DNA from: an uncultured Candidatus Bathyarchaeia archaeon | Lineage (GTDB): Archaea > Thermoproteota > Bathyarchaeia > TCS64 | Assembly: GCA_964559155.1 (NCBI GenBank) | Contig: CAZLHA010000004.1 | Coordinates: 1 to 40,152, forward strand | Length of the DNA stretch: 40,152 nt | Reading direction: 5' to 3' | In this document: positions 10,538-18,140 of the stretch, one piece after another | Layout of the letters: every line of letters begins with the position of its first letter | Numbering within the stretch: the first letter of the stretch is position 1 | Notes under the pieces: generated by a model | What the model saw: only the letters and a program-made list of their open reading frames with translations | Database searches by the model: none | What the model was told of the DNA's origin: nothing | Program-made: the position numbers and the translations under genes

Positions 10538-10735
10538 ATGAAAGGAACAGTAAAAAAATGGCTTGACTTCAAAGGCTTCGGATTTATAAAAGTAGAAGAC
10601 CAGGACGACGATGTATTCGTACATCACAGTAGCTTGGCGAACACTTCATATCTAAAGAAAGGCCAAGAAGTTGAGTTTGAGATCGAGGAATCCCACAAGG
10701 GGCCTCGCGCAGTAGACGTAAAGATACTCTACTAA
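10538..10735 (+). CDS. cspA: Cold-shock domain protein
   Basis: MKGTVKKW, RNP-1 KGFGFI, RNP-2 DVFVH, KGPRAVDV. Confidence 0.95.
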   Translation: MKGTVKKWLDFKGFGFIKVEDQDDDVFVHHSSLANTSYLKKGQEVEFEIEESHKGPRAVDVKILY

Positions 10736-10870
10736 ACTCACCCACATAATTATAATAACAATAAACTAATTATCATAAATTATCTATCACAAATTATACA
10801 TAGAAACAATACCCTTTATTAGTCATCAAAGCATTATATATAGTGCTCTTACCTGAGAGCGTTATTAAAA

Positions 10871-11503
10871 ATGGAAACTGAATACGGATCAGAGTGGCAA
10901 TCATACACTGTAGAAATAATGAAGACACTCCACGGATACGAGAACCCCAGCTACAACCCAGAAACAGAGAGCTTGGACCTAGAAACAATGGAAAACGACC
11001 AGAAAAAAGTACTACGAGTAATGATGGACGAGGATGAGGAATCAAGCCCCATCTACATCAAGACACTGGAAGCCACCCTCGAAGAAATCGAGGAAACCGA
11101 CATAGACCAGTGCCTACTACTGGGAAAACGAATCACCAGCGCAAGCAGAAGACTGGTAAAAGAAACCCCAACATTAGACTACCTAACACCCGATGTTTCA
11201 CCCCACTACAGAGTCAGCGAACTCGTATACACGATACAGAGCAAGACCCTGGATCTATGTAAACAAAAATGCGGAAAAATCCCCCAGGGAAAAGACGACT
11301 GCAAAGGGATAGTAAACGGGGAATACCGGTGCCAGGTAAGAAAACTCAGCGATGACGCAACCTTCCACGCAGAGATGAAATGGGGCAGCGTACTCAAAGA
11401 AGACGTTAAAGCCCTCATAGAGCTAGAGGAACAAATACAAGAAGAACTGGAAGCCGAAAAAGCCCTGGAAGGCAAGGAAACACCTGAACTCACACCTCAA
11501 TAA
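10871..11503 (+). CDS. Hypothetical acidic protein; possible degenerate restriction-endonuclease-like fold plus C-terminal Cys cluster
   Basis: Long ORF; alpha/beta pattern IKTLEATLEEIEETDIDQCLLLGKRITSASRRLV; CKQKC...DC...YRC possible Zn site; fold call is weak. Confidence 0.7.
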   Translation: METEYGSEWQSYTVEIMKTLHGYENPSYNPETESLDLETMENDQKKVLRVMMDEDEESSPIYIKTLEATLEEIEETDIDQCLLLGKRITSASRRLVKETPTLDYLTPDVSPHYRVSELVYTIQSKTLDLCKQKCGKIPQGKDDCKGIVNGEYRCQVRKLSDDATFHAEMKWGSVLKEDVKALIELEEQIQEELEAEKALEGKETPELTPQ

Positions 11504-11587
11504 AACACCCCATCCATATCATAGAACCCTTTCTAACTCTACACTTCTTGAAACCGGTTTAATAACAGTAAACCCTAACATAGAACC

Positions 11588-11938
11588 ATGACAATCGTAC
11601 CAGAAGGAGAATTCAAGGTAACCACAACCCCTACCATACCCGGATACCGCGTCACCCACGTATACGGTATAGTAAGTGGGCTCAGCCCAAGAACCAGAGG
11701 CGTAGGCGGAGTACTAAAAGGAGCCCTCCAGAGCATAGGAGGCGGCGAAATAACCGCATTCACAACCGAGATAGAGAAAGCAAGAACCGACGCAGTAGCC
11801 CGAGCAATACAAAAAGCACGCAACATGGGCGCCAACGCCCTCATAGGACTAGACCTAGAGACCAGCGACCTGGGAGAAAGTTACATAACCCTAGTATCAG
11901 CAACAGGCACAGCTGTAAAAATAGAAAAAGAAGAATAA
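11588..11938 (+). CDS. ybjQ: YbjQ/UPF0145 family protein
   Basis: VTTTPTIPGYRV...GIVSG...IGGGEI...ARNMGANALIG...SATGTAV. Confidence 0.93.
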   Translation: MTIVPEGEFKVTTTPTIPGYRVTHVYGIVSGLSPRTRGVGGVLKGALQSIGGGEITAFTTEIEKARTDAVARAIQKARNMGANALIGLDLETSDLGESYITLVSATGTAVKIEKEE

Positions 11939-11940
11939 AA

Positions 11941-12075
11941 CTACCAGTCATCACGTCGGTTTTTATCATCTCGATCCTCGAGATCAACGTTCACAAAAAG
12001 ATTCACTGTCCCACGAAGACCCTTTTTCTCATCCCGTGTAATACGTTCACCCTTCAAGACCCTACTGGCACCCAT
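11941..12075 (-). CDS. Small hypothetical protein, 44 aa (MGASRVLKGERITRDEKKGLRGTVNLFVNVDLEDRDDKNRRDDW)
   Basis: Hand-translated, below the ORF-track cutoff; SD-like GGAGTGAGG and a TTAAAT box upstream; stop abuts the convergent ybjQ stop. Confidence 0.5.
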   Translation of the reverse strand: MGASRVLKGERITRDEKKGLRGTVNLFVNVDLEDRDDKNRRDDW

Positions 12076-12525
12076 AAACAATCCTCACTCCGGTTACAGA
12101 TTTAAGAAATATGAACCCAGAATACATATCAACCCTAAACGTAGCAATCAAGCTCAGCGATAAACTCGGGAACCCACATACTCCACATCTCCTCAAAACC
12201 ACAGCACTCGATCTCCCCGTCAATCTCATGCATTATACGATCCAATGTCCTAAGACAGACAAAAACATCCTCCCCTGGATTAGGCTGATAAAGAAACTGA
12301 CATTCAAGACAACACCCAGGAGCCTCATAGGGGAAAACATTTGAAAATACTCTATTAACCATGAATCAATACTCGGCTAAAAACGATAAAGAGATGCGTG
12401 TGCGTCAAGAGCACAAAAACAAGGTGACAATGAAAACCTACACACAAGCAACTTAAACACGGGAAAGAGAATAAAGAAAACACTAACTCCTAGCCCTCTG
12501 TTTAAACCAAAAACAAGAAAACGAT

Positions 12526-12542
12526 TTAAGAACAATTCTCAA
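12526..12542. promoter_or_regulatory. Fur/PerR-box-like palindrome overlapping the TATA box of the fur-family gene
   Basis: TTAAGAACAATTCTCAA differs at 2 positions from the palindrome TTGAGAAT-N-ATTCTCAA. Confidence 0.45.
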
Positions 12543-12560
12543 TTACGAGCTGGAAAAGAG

Positions 12561-12989
12561 ATGTATCAGAGAAAACAGATCGTGGCAGTCCTGAGAAGCA
12601 ACGGCTACAAGGCAACATCCCAGCGAATAGCCATCGCTCAAACAGTCCTGAGAAGCCATGAACACCCATCAGCGGAAGACATCCACGAAGAAGTACTAAG
12701 AATACATCCCACAGTCAGTCTCTCCACCGTATACAATACTCTCCACCTATTGAAAGACATAAAATTTCTACGTGAACTAACCTACAAAGGAACCACCAGA
12801 TACGATCCAAACCTAGAACTACACATCAACTTAATATGCGAAGGCTATGGAACAATCCAGGACATCGAAGCCAACCAGATAAAAGACTTCATCGACGAGA
12901 TATCCCGGAGACAGGGCTTCGATGTGACCGGTCAACACATCGACATCTACGGAACCTGTAAAAAGTGCAGAATAAACACGAATACCTGA
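12561..12989 (+). CDS. perR: Fur-family regulator, PerR-like
   Basis: GYKATSQR, HPSAEDI, SLSTVYNTL, RYD...H, C-terminal GTCKKC; directly upstream of a peroxiredoxin. Confidence 0.88.
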   Translation: MYQRKQIVAVLRSNGYKATSQRIAIAQTVLRSHEHPSAEDIHEEVLRIHPTVSLSTVYNTLHLLKDIKFLRELTYKGTTRYDPNLELHINLICEGYGTIQDIEANQIKDFIDEISRRQGFDVTGQHIDIYGTCKKCRINTNT

Positions 12990-12991
12990 AT

Positions 12992-13008
12992 TGATTAATT
13001 ATTAATTA
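12992..13008. promoter_or_regulatory. AT-rich 8-1-8 palindrome (PerR-box-like) upstream of the peroxiredoxin
   Basis: TGATTAAT-T-ATTAATTA (1 mismatch), next to a TTTATC TATA-like box. Confidence 0.35.
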
Positions 13009-13059
13009 CCTTTATCAACCACCAACCCGGATTTTAACCTAGCCAAAAAGGTGAATTTA

Positions 13060-13704
13060 ATGGAAGAAACAATAACACCAAAACTACCCCTAATCGGGGA
13101 GAAAGCACCAGAATTTGAAGCACCCACCACACAGGGAACAATAAGATTAAGCGACTATGAAGGCTCATGGTTAGTACTATTCAGTCACCCAGCAGACTTT
13201 ACACCCGTCTGCACAACAGAGTTCATGGCATTCGCGGAGATATACCCAGATCTACAGGAGAGAAACACAGAATTACTGGGGCTCAGTGTGGACAGCACAA
13301 GCAGCCACATCGCCTGGGTACGTAACATCGAGGAGAAGATGGGAGTAAAAATACCGTTCCCCATCATAGCGGACCTCAACAAAGACGTAAGCAGCCTATA
13401 CGGCATGATCCACCCAGAGCAGAGCAAGACCGAGACCGTAAGAACAGTATTCGTCATAGATCCAGAAGCCACACTACGACTAATACTATACTACCCACTA
13501 ACCACAGGACGAAACATGAAGGAGATCCTAAGGATCATAGACGCCTTACAGACAACAGATGAACACGGAGTAGCCACACCAGCAAACTGGGAGAAAGGAA
13601 ACCCCGTAGTAGTACCACCACCCCACACAGCAGAAGACGCTGAGAAACGGGTCAAGGAAGGCTACGACTGTAAAGACTGGTACCTCTGCTTCAAGGACCT
13701 GTGA
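13060..13704 (+). CDS. Peroxiredoxin (Prx6/archaeal type)
   Basis: LFSHPADFTPVCTTEF peroxidatic motif, GRN, TPANW, C-terminal CKDWYLC; AGGTGA SD places the start at 13060. Confidence 0.96.
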   Translation: MEETITPKLPLIGEKAPEFEAPTTQGTIRLSDYEGSWLVLFSHPADFTPVCTTEFMAFAEIYPDLQERNTELLGLSVDSTSSHIAWVRNIEEKMGVKIPFPIIADLNKDVSSLYGMIHPEQSKTETVRTVFVIDPEATLRLILYYPLTTGRNMKEILRIIDALQTTDEHGVATPANWEKGNPVVVPPPHTAEDAEKRVKEGYDCKDWYLCFKDL

Positions 13705-13710
13705 TAACGT

Positions 13711-13929
13711 ATGCCATGCGTGTCTCCTGACGGCAAACCCACTACAAGCGGGTTGAAAACCCTAAACGCAGTTAAAGACGGGGCAAAGACCCCCAAGGAG
13801 ATATCAGAAGCAACAGGTCAAGCCATGTACAGGGTAAGAAGCGGGTTACGGGAGCTGGTGAAAGCCGAGTTCCTCACCGAGACGAGTGGCGACTACGATC
13901 TGACTGATAAAGCCAAAGAAGTGCTATAA
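13711..13929 (+). CDS. Small winged-HTH protein
   Basis: TPKEISEATGQAMYRVRSGLRELVKAEFL...YDLTDKAKEVL wHTH pattern; starts 6 nt after the prx stop. Confidence 0.75.
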   Translation: MPCVSPDGKPTTSGLKTLNAVKDGAKTPKEISEATGQAMYRVRSGLRELVKAEFLTETSGDYDLTDKAKEVL

Positions 13930-13947
13930 TACACTCCCTTTTTTCTA

Positions 13948-14699
13948 TCAAGTTTTTTTCATCTGGATTATATGGAAATATCTGCCTATTATTAGGAACA
14001 CAATAGACCAGACAAAAAGCAACATAATATTAATCTGCCAACCAAAATATGAGAACTCTCCCATCCCTAATCTAAAGAGATCTAGTGTATGGGTTAGCGG
14101 AGAAAGTAATGCCGCGTAGATAGCAATATCAGGCAACTCACTCAACGGAATAAACATACCGCTCACAAACATCAAAGGGATCCTCACAAGGTTAAACGGC
14201 ATCATTATCTCACCTGGACTCTCAGTGGGTATGGAAGCGAATAATATTCCAAGAGATGAGAAAACCAGTGATGATAAAATTATTCCTGAGATAAATGCTC
14301 CTAGGTTAAACAATGATTGACCAGTAATAACTATCCCCAAACTCGCTGATAGAAGAGTAACGAATACGCCAAATATCATAACTCCCATGGCTTTTCCCCA
14401 AAGTACAGATGATAGGCTAATAGGCGCGGAGAGAAATCTATCGAAGGTTCTCATACGCCCCTCCATGGGGATAGATGATGGTCCTATGCTGCTACTGGCC
14501 CAGAATACTGTCTGTGCAGAAAGTACAGGAATAAGCCTCTCCACAGGCATTCCACGACCTACACTGAGCTAAAAAACAAGGCCAACGGGAAGAGTATACC
14601 AAACATTAGACTAGGAGGTCGCAGATAGTAGACCCTCATATCATTTAACGTGATGGCCCAGCTCCTCTTAAATTCATCAAATAATGTTACTTTACTCAT
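13948..14699 (-). pseudogene. ABC-2 type permease, frameshifted by a 1-nt deletion near 14560-14570
   Basis: ATG at 14699 (ATGA overlap with the ATPase stop) reads MSKVTLFDEFKRSWAITLNDMRVYYLRPPSLMFGILFPLALFFSSV*, homologous to the paralog N-terminus; the rest (to 13948) is in another frame; span 752 nt = 3n-1. Confidence 0.8.
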
Positions 14700-15667
14700 C
14701 TTCGACCCTTTTTTCCTTTGATTATCTCCTTCTTCATCTCTTTTCCAGTAAGATCCAAAAACACATCCTCTAAGCTAGCCCCACGTGTGTTCAATGATAA
14801 AATATCTATGCTATTTTCCTCTATTAACTTGCATAATCCTCTCAGAGTTTCTTTCGGGTTGCTTGTGACTAATCGAAGCTTATCTCCCCTCTTCTCGTTA
14901 TCTATGACCCCGGGCAGTTCATCCAATGTTGTTGTATCGCTGTGGTTTTCGAATGATATCTCAATCGATTGACTTCGCTGCATAGCCCATTTCAGTCGCT
15001 CAGGTGTGTCTATTGCCGCTATCTTTCCTCTGTTAATTACTGCGATTCTATCACACATCTGATTTGCTTCTTTCAGATTATGTGTTGTTAGAAACACTGT
15101 TAATCCCTCCTCGTTCAGGCTTCTGATCAGATCTCTTATCCCTCTAACGCTCTTGACATCCAGCCCCGATGTGGGCTCATCAAGATACAATATCTTAGAG
15201 TCATTCACTAAAGCCATGGCTATGCAGACTTTTCGCCTCATACCCCTGCTATAGCCCTCAACTTTCTCATTCTTTCTATCATATAACTCAAATCGGTCAA
15301 GAAGTTCTCTATTCTTTTTATCCCGTTTCTCCTTTGGGATGCCATATAATTTACCGGTGAAATCTAGATTCTGCCAAGCAGTTAACTCCGTATAAATATT
15401 ACTTATATCCGGTACGATTCCCATTAAGGTTTGAGCGGCCACTGATTGTTTCATTATATCATATCCCATTATCTCCGCTGAACCAGAACTCGGCAATGAG
15501 ATCCCTGTTAACATCCTAATAGTGGTTGTTTTTCCTGCTCCGTTTGGCCCTAGAAAACCAAAGATCTCTCCCCGATCCACACTGAAACTAATGTGGTCAA
15601 CTGCGAGAAAGTCTCCGTAATATTTTGTTAATTCTTTTGCCTCAATTGCATAACTCATGATATTCAT
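14696..15667 (-). CDS. ABC exporter ATP-binding protein (DrrA/CcmA-like)
   Basis: Walker A GPNGAGKTT, signature YSRGMRRK, Walker B ILYLDEPT, H-loop TTH; start 15667 (or 15658) right after the regulator stop. Confidence 0.95.
   Translation of the reverse strand: MNIMSYAIEAKELTKYYGDFLAVDHISFSVDRGEIFGFLGPNGAGKTTTIRMLTGISLPSSGSAEIMGYDIMKQSVAAQTLMGIVPDISNIYTELTAWQNLDFTGKLYGIPKEKRDKKNRELLDRFELYDRKNEKVEGYSRGMRRKVCIAMALVNDSKILYLDEPTSGLDVKSVRGIRDLIRSLNEEGLTVFLTTHNLKEANQMCDRIAVINRGKIAAIDTPERLKWAMQRSQSIEISFENHSDTTTLDELPGVIDNEKRGDKLRLVTSNPKETLRGLCKLIEENSIDILSLNTRGASLEDVFLDLTGKEMKKEIIKGKKGRR
15522..15604 (-). repeat. 83-bp perfect inverted repeat, left copy (inside ATPase 1)
   Basis: Reverse complement is base-for-base identical to 16425-16507 (GCAGTTGACCACATT...GGAAAAACAACCAC). 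Confidence 0.95.
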
Positions 15668-15668
15668 T

Positions 15669-15998
15669 TTATTTGAGATCCTCAATCAGGTTGATCTTGA
15701 TCTCCTTTGTCTTCAATCGCCATAGTTTCTCGGGGGCTCCTCCGCCCTCCTCAAGATATCCTGATACCTCGATTATTTCCCCGTTTCTCAACTCTCCAAG
15801 GTGGTAGTAGAGGCTGGATTTTGCTAGTGTCTCACCTCTGTCAACTATTTCTTGGTATATCTCCTTTGTTCCCTTTTCTTCGTGTCCTATGATGGCTATA
15901 ATATCCCATCTAATTGGACAGTGGAGGGCCTTGAAATATTGTTGAAGTTGTTGAATCTTGTTTGTTTTCGGGTTGCAGTGGCCACCATTACAGCACAT
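15669..15998 (-). CDS. ArsR-like winged-HTH regulator with N-terminal Cys/His motif
   Basis: FKALHCPIRWDII...SSLYYHLGELRNGEII; N-terminus MCCNGGHC; ATG at 15998 lies about 27 nt from the TATA box. Confidence 0.85.
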   Translation of the reverse strand: MCCNGGHCNPKTNKIQQLQQYFKALHCPIRWDIIAIIGHEEKGTKEIYQEIVDRGETLAKSSLYYHLGELRNGEIIEVSGYLEEGGGAPEKLWRLKTKEIKINLIEDLK

Positions 15999-15999
15999 G

Positions 16000-16060
16000 A
16001 TACATTGTAATATTATCAAAAAACTTATAAAATTATTGCATGGTATGTAATATGATTGAA
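16000..16060. promoter_or_regulatory. Divergent promoter with a central bidirectional TATA box and symmetric putative operators
   Basis: TTATAAAA at 16025-16032, about 27-29 nt from both ATGs (15998 minus, 16061 plus); flanking imperfect inverted pair ATACATTGTAATA / TATTGCATGGTAT (10/13). Confidence 0.5.
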
Positions 16061-16216
16061 ATGTCTGATCATGAATGCAAAGGCTGCGAACACTCTAATA
16101 ACCTGAAAGGCTGTGCACAACACCACGTTGAAACCGCTAGAAAACTAATCAAGGAAGGAAAACTAGAGGAAGCAGATAAGAACCTCAAAGGCATACAAGA
16201 ACACCTTAAGGAATAA
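16061..16216 (+). CDS. Small Cys/His-rich putative metal-binding protein, 51 aa
   Basis: Hand translation MSDHECKGCEHSNNLKGCAQHHVETARKLIKEGKLEEADKNLKGIQEHLKE; leaderless spacing to the TATA box; T-run after the stop. Confidence 0.7.
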   Translation: MSDHECKGCEHSNNLKGCAQHHVETARKLIKEGKLEEADKNLKGIQEHLKE

Positions 16217-16256
16217 CCGCTTTTTCAACCACTAAATATTTTTATGGCGAACTTTT

Positions 16257-16364
16257 ATGAAAATCAAGGATTTCGAGTTTAGCCTCAGGGAATTCGGGGG
16301 AAGCCTTGGAGACTTCGGTACACTTACCTGTATAATGCCGTTAAGAGAAAGATTGTATCTTTAG
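16257..16364 (+). pseudogene. 5' remnant of a MOT1-family molybdate/sulfate transporter gene
   Basis: MKIKDFEFSLREFGGSLGDFGTL resembles the conserved MOT1 N-terminal motif (E..GSLGD.GT); reading then drifts and stops after 35 codons. Confidence 0.6.
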
Positions 16365-17321
16365 GTGAATAGATTGAGTTCGATACGTGTTAATGACTTA
16401 ACCAAGATTTGGGGTGAGGTCAAAGCAGTTGACCACATTAGTTTCAGTGTGGATCGGGGAGAGATCTTTGGTTTTCTAGGGCCAAACGGAGCAGGAAAAA
16501 CAACCACCATCAAGATGTTGGTGGGTTTAACCAAGCCCACCCGTGGTAGTGCATATGTTGCGGGCTACAATGTCACGGATAGTATCAGGATGGTAAAACA
16601 GCGTATAGGCGTTGTTCCAGAGCGATCAAATCTATACAATGAACTCACTGTAACTGAGAACCTCAGATTCGTATCAAAATTATACCATGTACCCTCTGAG
16701 GAACGAGAGACTAGAATAACGGAACTCCTCGACCTCTTTCAATTAACAGAATACAGGGATAGAGACTTCGCTAAGCTCTCAAAGGGATTAAAAAGGCGAG
16801 TCGTTATCGCCGCAGCCCTGATTCACAATCCTGAAATTATCTTCCTAGACGAACCAACATCCGGTCTCGACATAATGAGCGCTAAGAGATTAAGAGAAAT
16901 AATATCAGACCTAAGTGAACAGGGTGTAACAATATTTCTTACAACACACTATATTGAAGAAGCAGGGGTTCTCTGTGATCGTATCGCCTTACTTGTGAAA
17001 GGTAAAATAGTTGAGATTGATACGCCTGAAGGTTTGAGGAGCATTGTGCAGGATACACCAATCCTCCGCATTAATTATCAAGGAAAACTAGACCAGAGTT
17101 CCCTCAATGAAATACATGGTGAACAAGTCTCCTCCCTAGATGGTGAATTATCAATCCTAACAAAAAACATACACGCGACACTAGAATCCCTGTTCACCAC
17201 AAAACAGGATATAACAATACAGAACATTGAGACTATAAAACCAAAACTTGAGGACGCATTCATACAATTAACAGGGATCTCCCTTGAATCCATGCGTGTC
17301 GAGAAGGAGGGAAAACCATGA
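16365..17321 (+). CDS. ABC exporter ATP-binding protein (DrrA/CcmA-like)
   Basis: GPNGAGKTT, LSKGLKRR, IIFLDEPT, TTH; start GTG 16365 or TTG 16374. Confidence 0.95.
   Translation: MNRLSSIRVNDLTKIWGEVKAVDHISFSVDRGEIFGFLGPNGAGKTTTIKMLVGLTKPTRGSAYVAGYNVTDSIRMVKQRIGVVPERSNLYNELTVTENLRFVSKLYHVPSEERETRITELLDLFQLTEYRDRDFAKLSKGLKRRVVIAAALIHNPEIIFLDEPTSGLDIMSAKRLREIISDLSEQGVTIFLTTHYIEEAGVLCDRIALLVKGKIVEIDTPEGLRSIVQDTPILRINYQGKLDQSSLNEIHGEQVSSLDGELSILTKNIHATLESLFTTKQDITIQNIETIKPKLEDAFIQLTGISLESMRVEKEGKP
16425..16507 (+). repeat. 83-bp perfect inverted repeat, right copy (inside ATPase 2)
   Basis: Identical to the reverse complement of 15522-15604; flanks diverge immediately on both sides. Confidence 0.95.
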
Positions 17322-18046
17322 ACCTATTCGAGGAGCTAGAAGGAATCATGGCCATACTTGAGAAAGACCTACGGGCATACTACTTCAAGCCACCAAACAT
17401 CAGTTGGGGAATACTCTTCCCAGTAGTATTAGCTCTTAGCTTCACCCTTAGAAACCCCGAGGGGCTCACTGATCTTGCGCCAGGATTGATTGCAATGGCT
17501 GCTCTTTTCGGGACCACCAGCATGGAGGCTATAGTTATTACTTTTGAGAAACGGGTTGGCGCTCTTGAACGGCTTCAACTCGCGCCACTGAACTCCGCCT
17601 CGATTATAGTGGGAAAGCTACTAGGGGGTACTGTTTTCGGGTTAATTATATCATCCGTGATGACTGGTATAACCATAGTATTTCTAGGTGCAGAGATCTC
17701 CAACCCCTTCCTGTTTATAGTGGTGCTCCTTTTGACTAATCTTGTGCATTCATCATTGGGGGCATTAGTTGCTGTCTCCGTTAAGGAGGTTTTTGAGGCG
17801 CAGACTTTGAGTAATTACTTCAGATTCCCCATGATTTTCCTCTGCGGCGTATTCTTACCCTTGGATGAGATGCCATTTATTCTGGGGATTATCGGGAGGT
17901 TTCTGCCTTTAACTTACTCCGTTGAGGTTCTTCGTGGGTTAATGCTAGAGAAAGGAATTATTATCCTTGATGTAATTATACTGATAGGGTTTAGCTTAAT
18001 TTTACCATACCTTTCTATAATTCAATTTAGGAGAAATCAAGAATAG
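17318..18046 (+). CDS. ABC-2 type permease
   Basis: About 6 TM helices; EKRVGALERLQLAP, PMIFLCGVFLP, PLTYSVE; ATGA overlap with the ATPase. Confidence 0.93.
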   Translation: MNLFEELEGIMAILEKDLRAYYFKPPNISWGILFPVVLALSFTLRNPEGLTDLAPGLIAMAALFGTTSMEAIVITFEKRVGALERLQLAPLNSASIIVGKLLGGTVFGLIISSVMTGITIVFLGAEISNPFLFIVVLLLTNLVHSSLGALVAVSVKEVFEAQTLSNYFRFPMIFLCGVFLPLDEMPFILGIIGRFLPLTYSVEVLRGLMLEKGIIILDVIILIGFSLILPYLSIIQFRRNQE

Positions 18047-18140
18047 TTTTTTAAAAAAATACTTTTTAAACCCAATTTTCATCTTAGAAAATGTTAAACC
18101 AGCTTAAACACTCATCTATTCAAACTTAGGAGAGACTAAA

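Noticed and set aside
10745-10800. AT-rich tract as replication origin or dif site
   Set aside because: No ORB-like boxes, no cdc6/orc1 nearby and no 11-6-11 dif-like dyad seen
12111-12456. Short ORFs 12111-12344 (+), 12135-12362 (-) and 12361-12456 (+)
   Set aside because: No motifs or translation signals I can support; may be decayed sequence
14570-14577. Programmed -1 frameshift at the T6 run of the permease
   Set aside because: The shifted frame reads TAG immediately after the run
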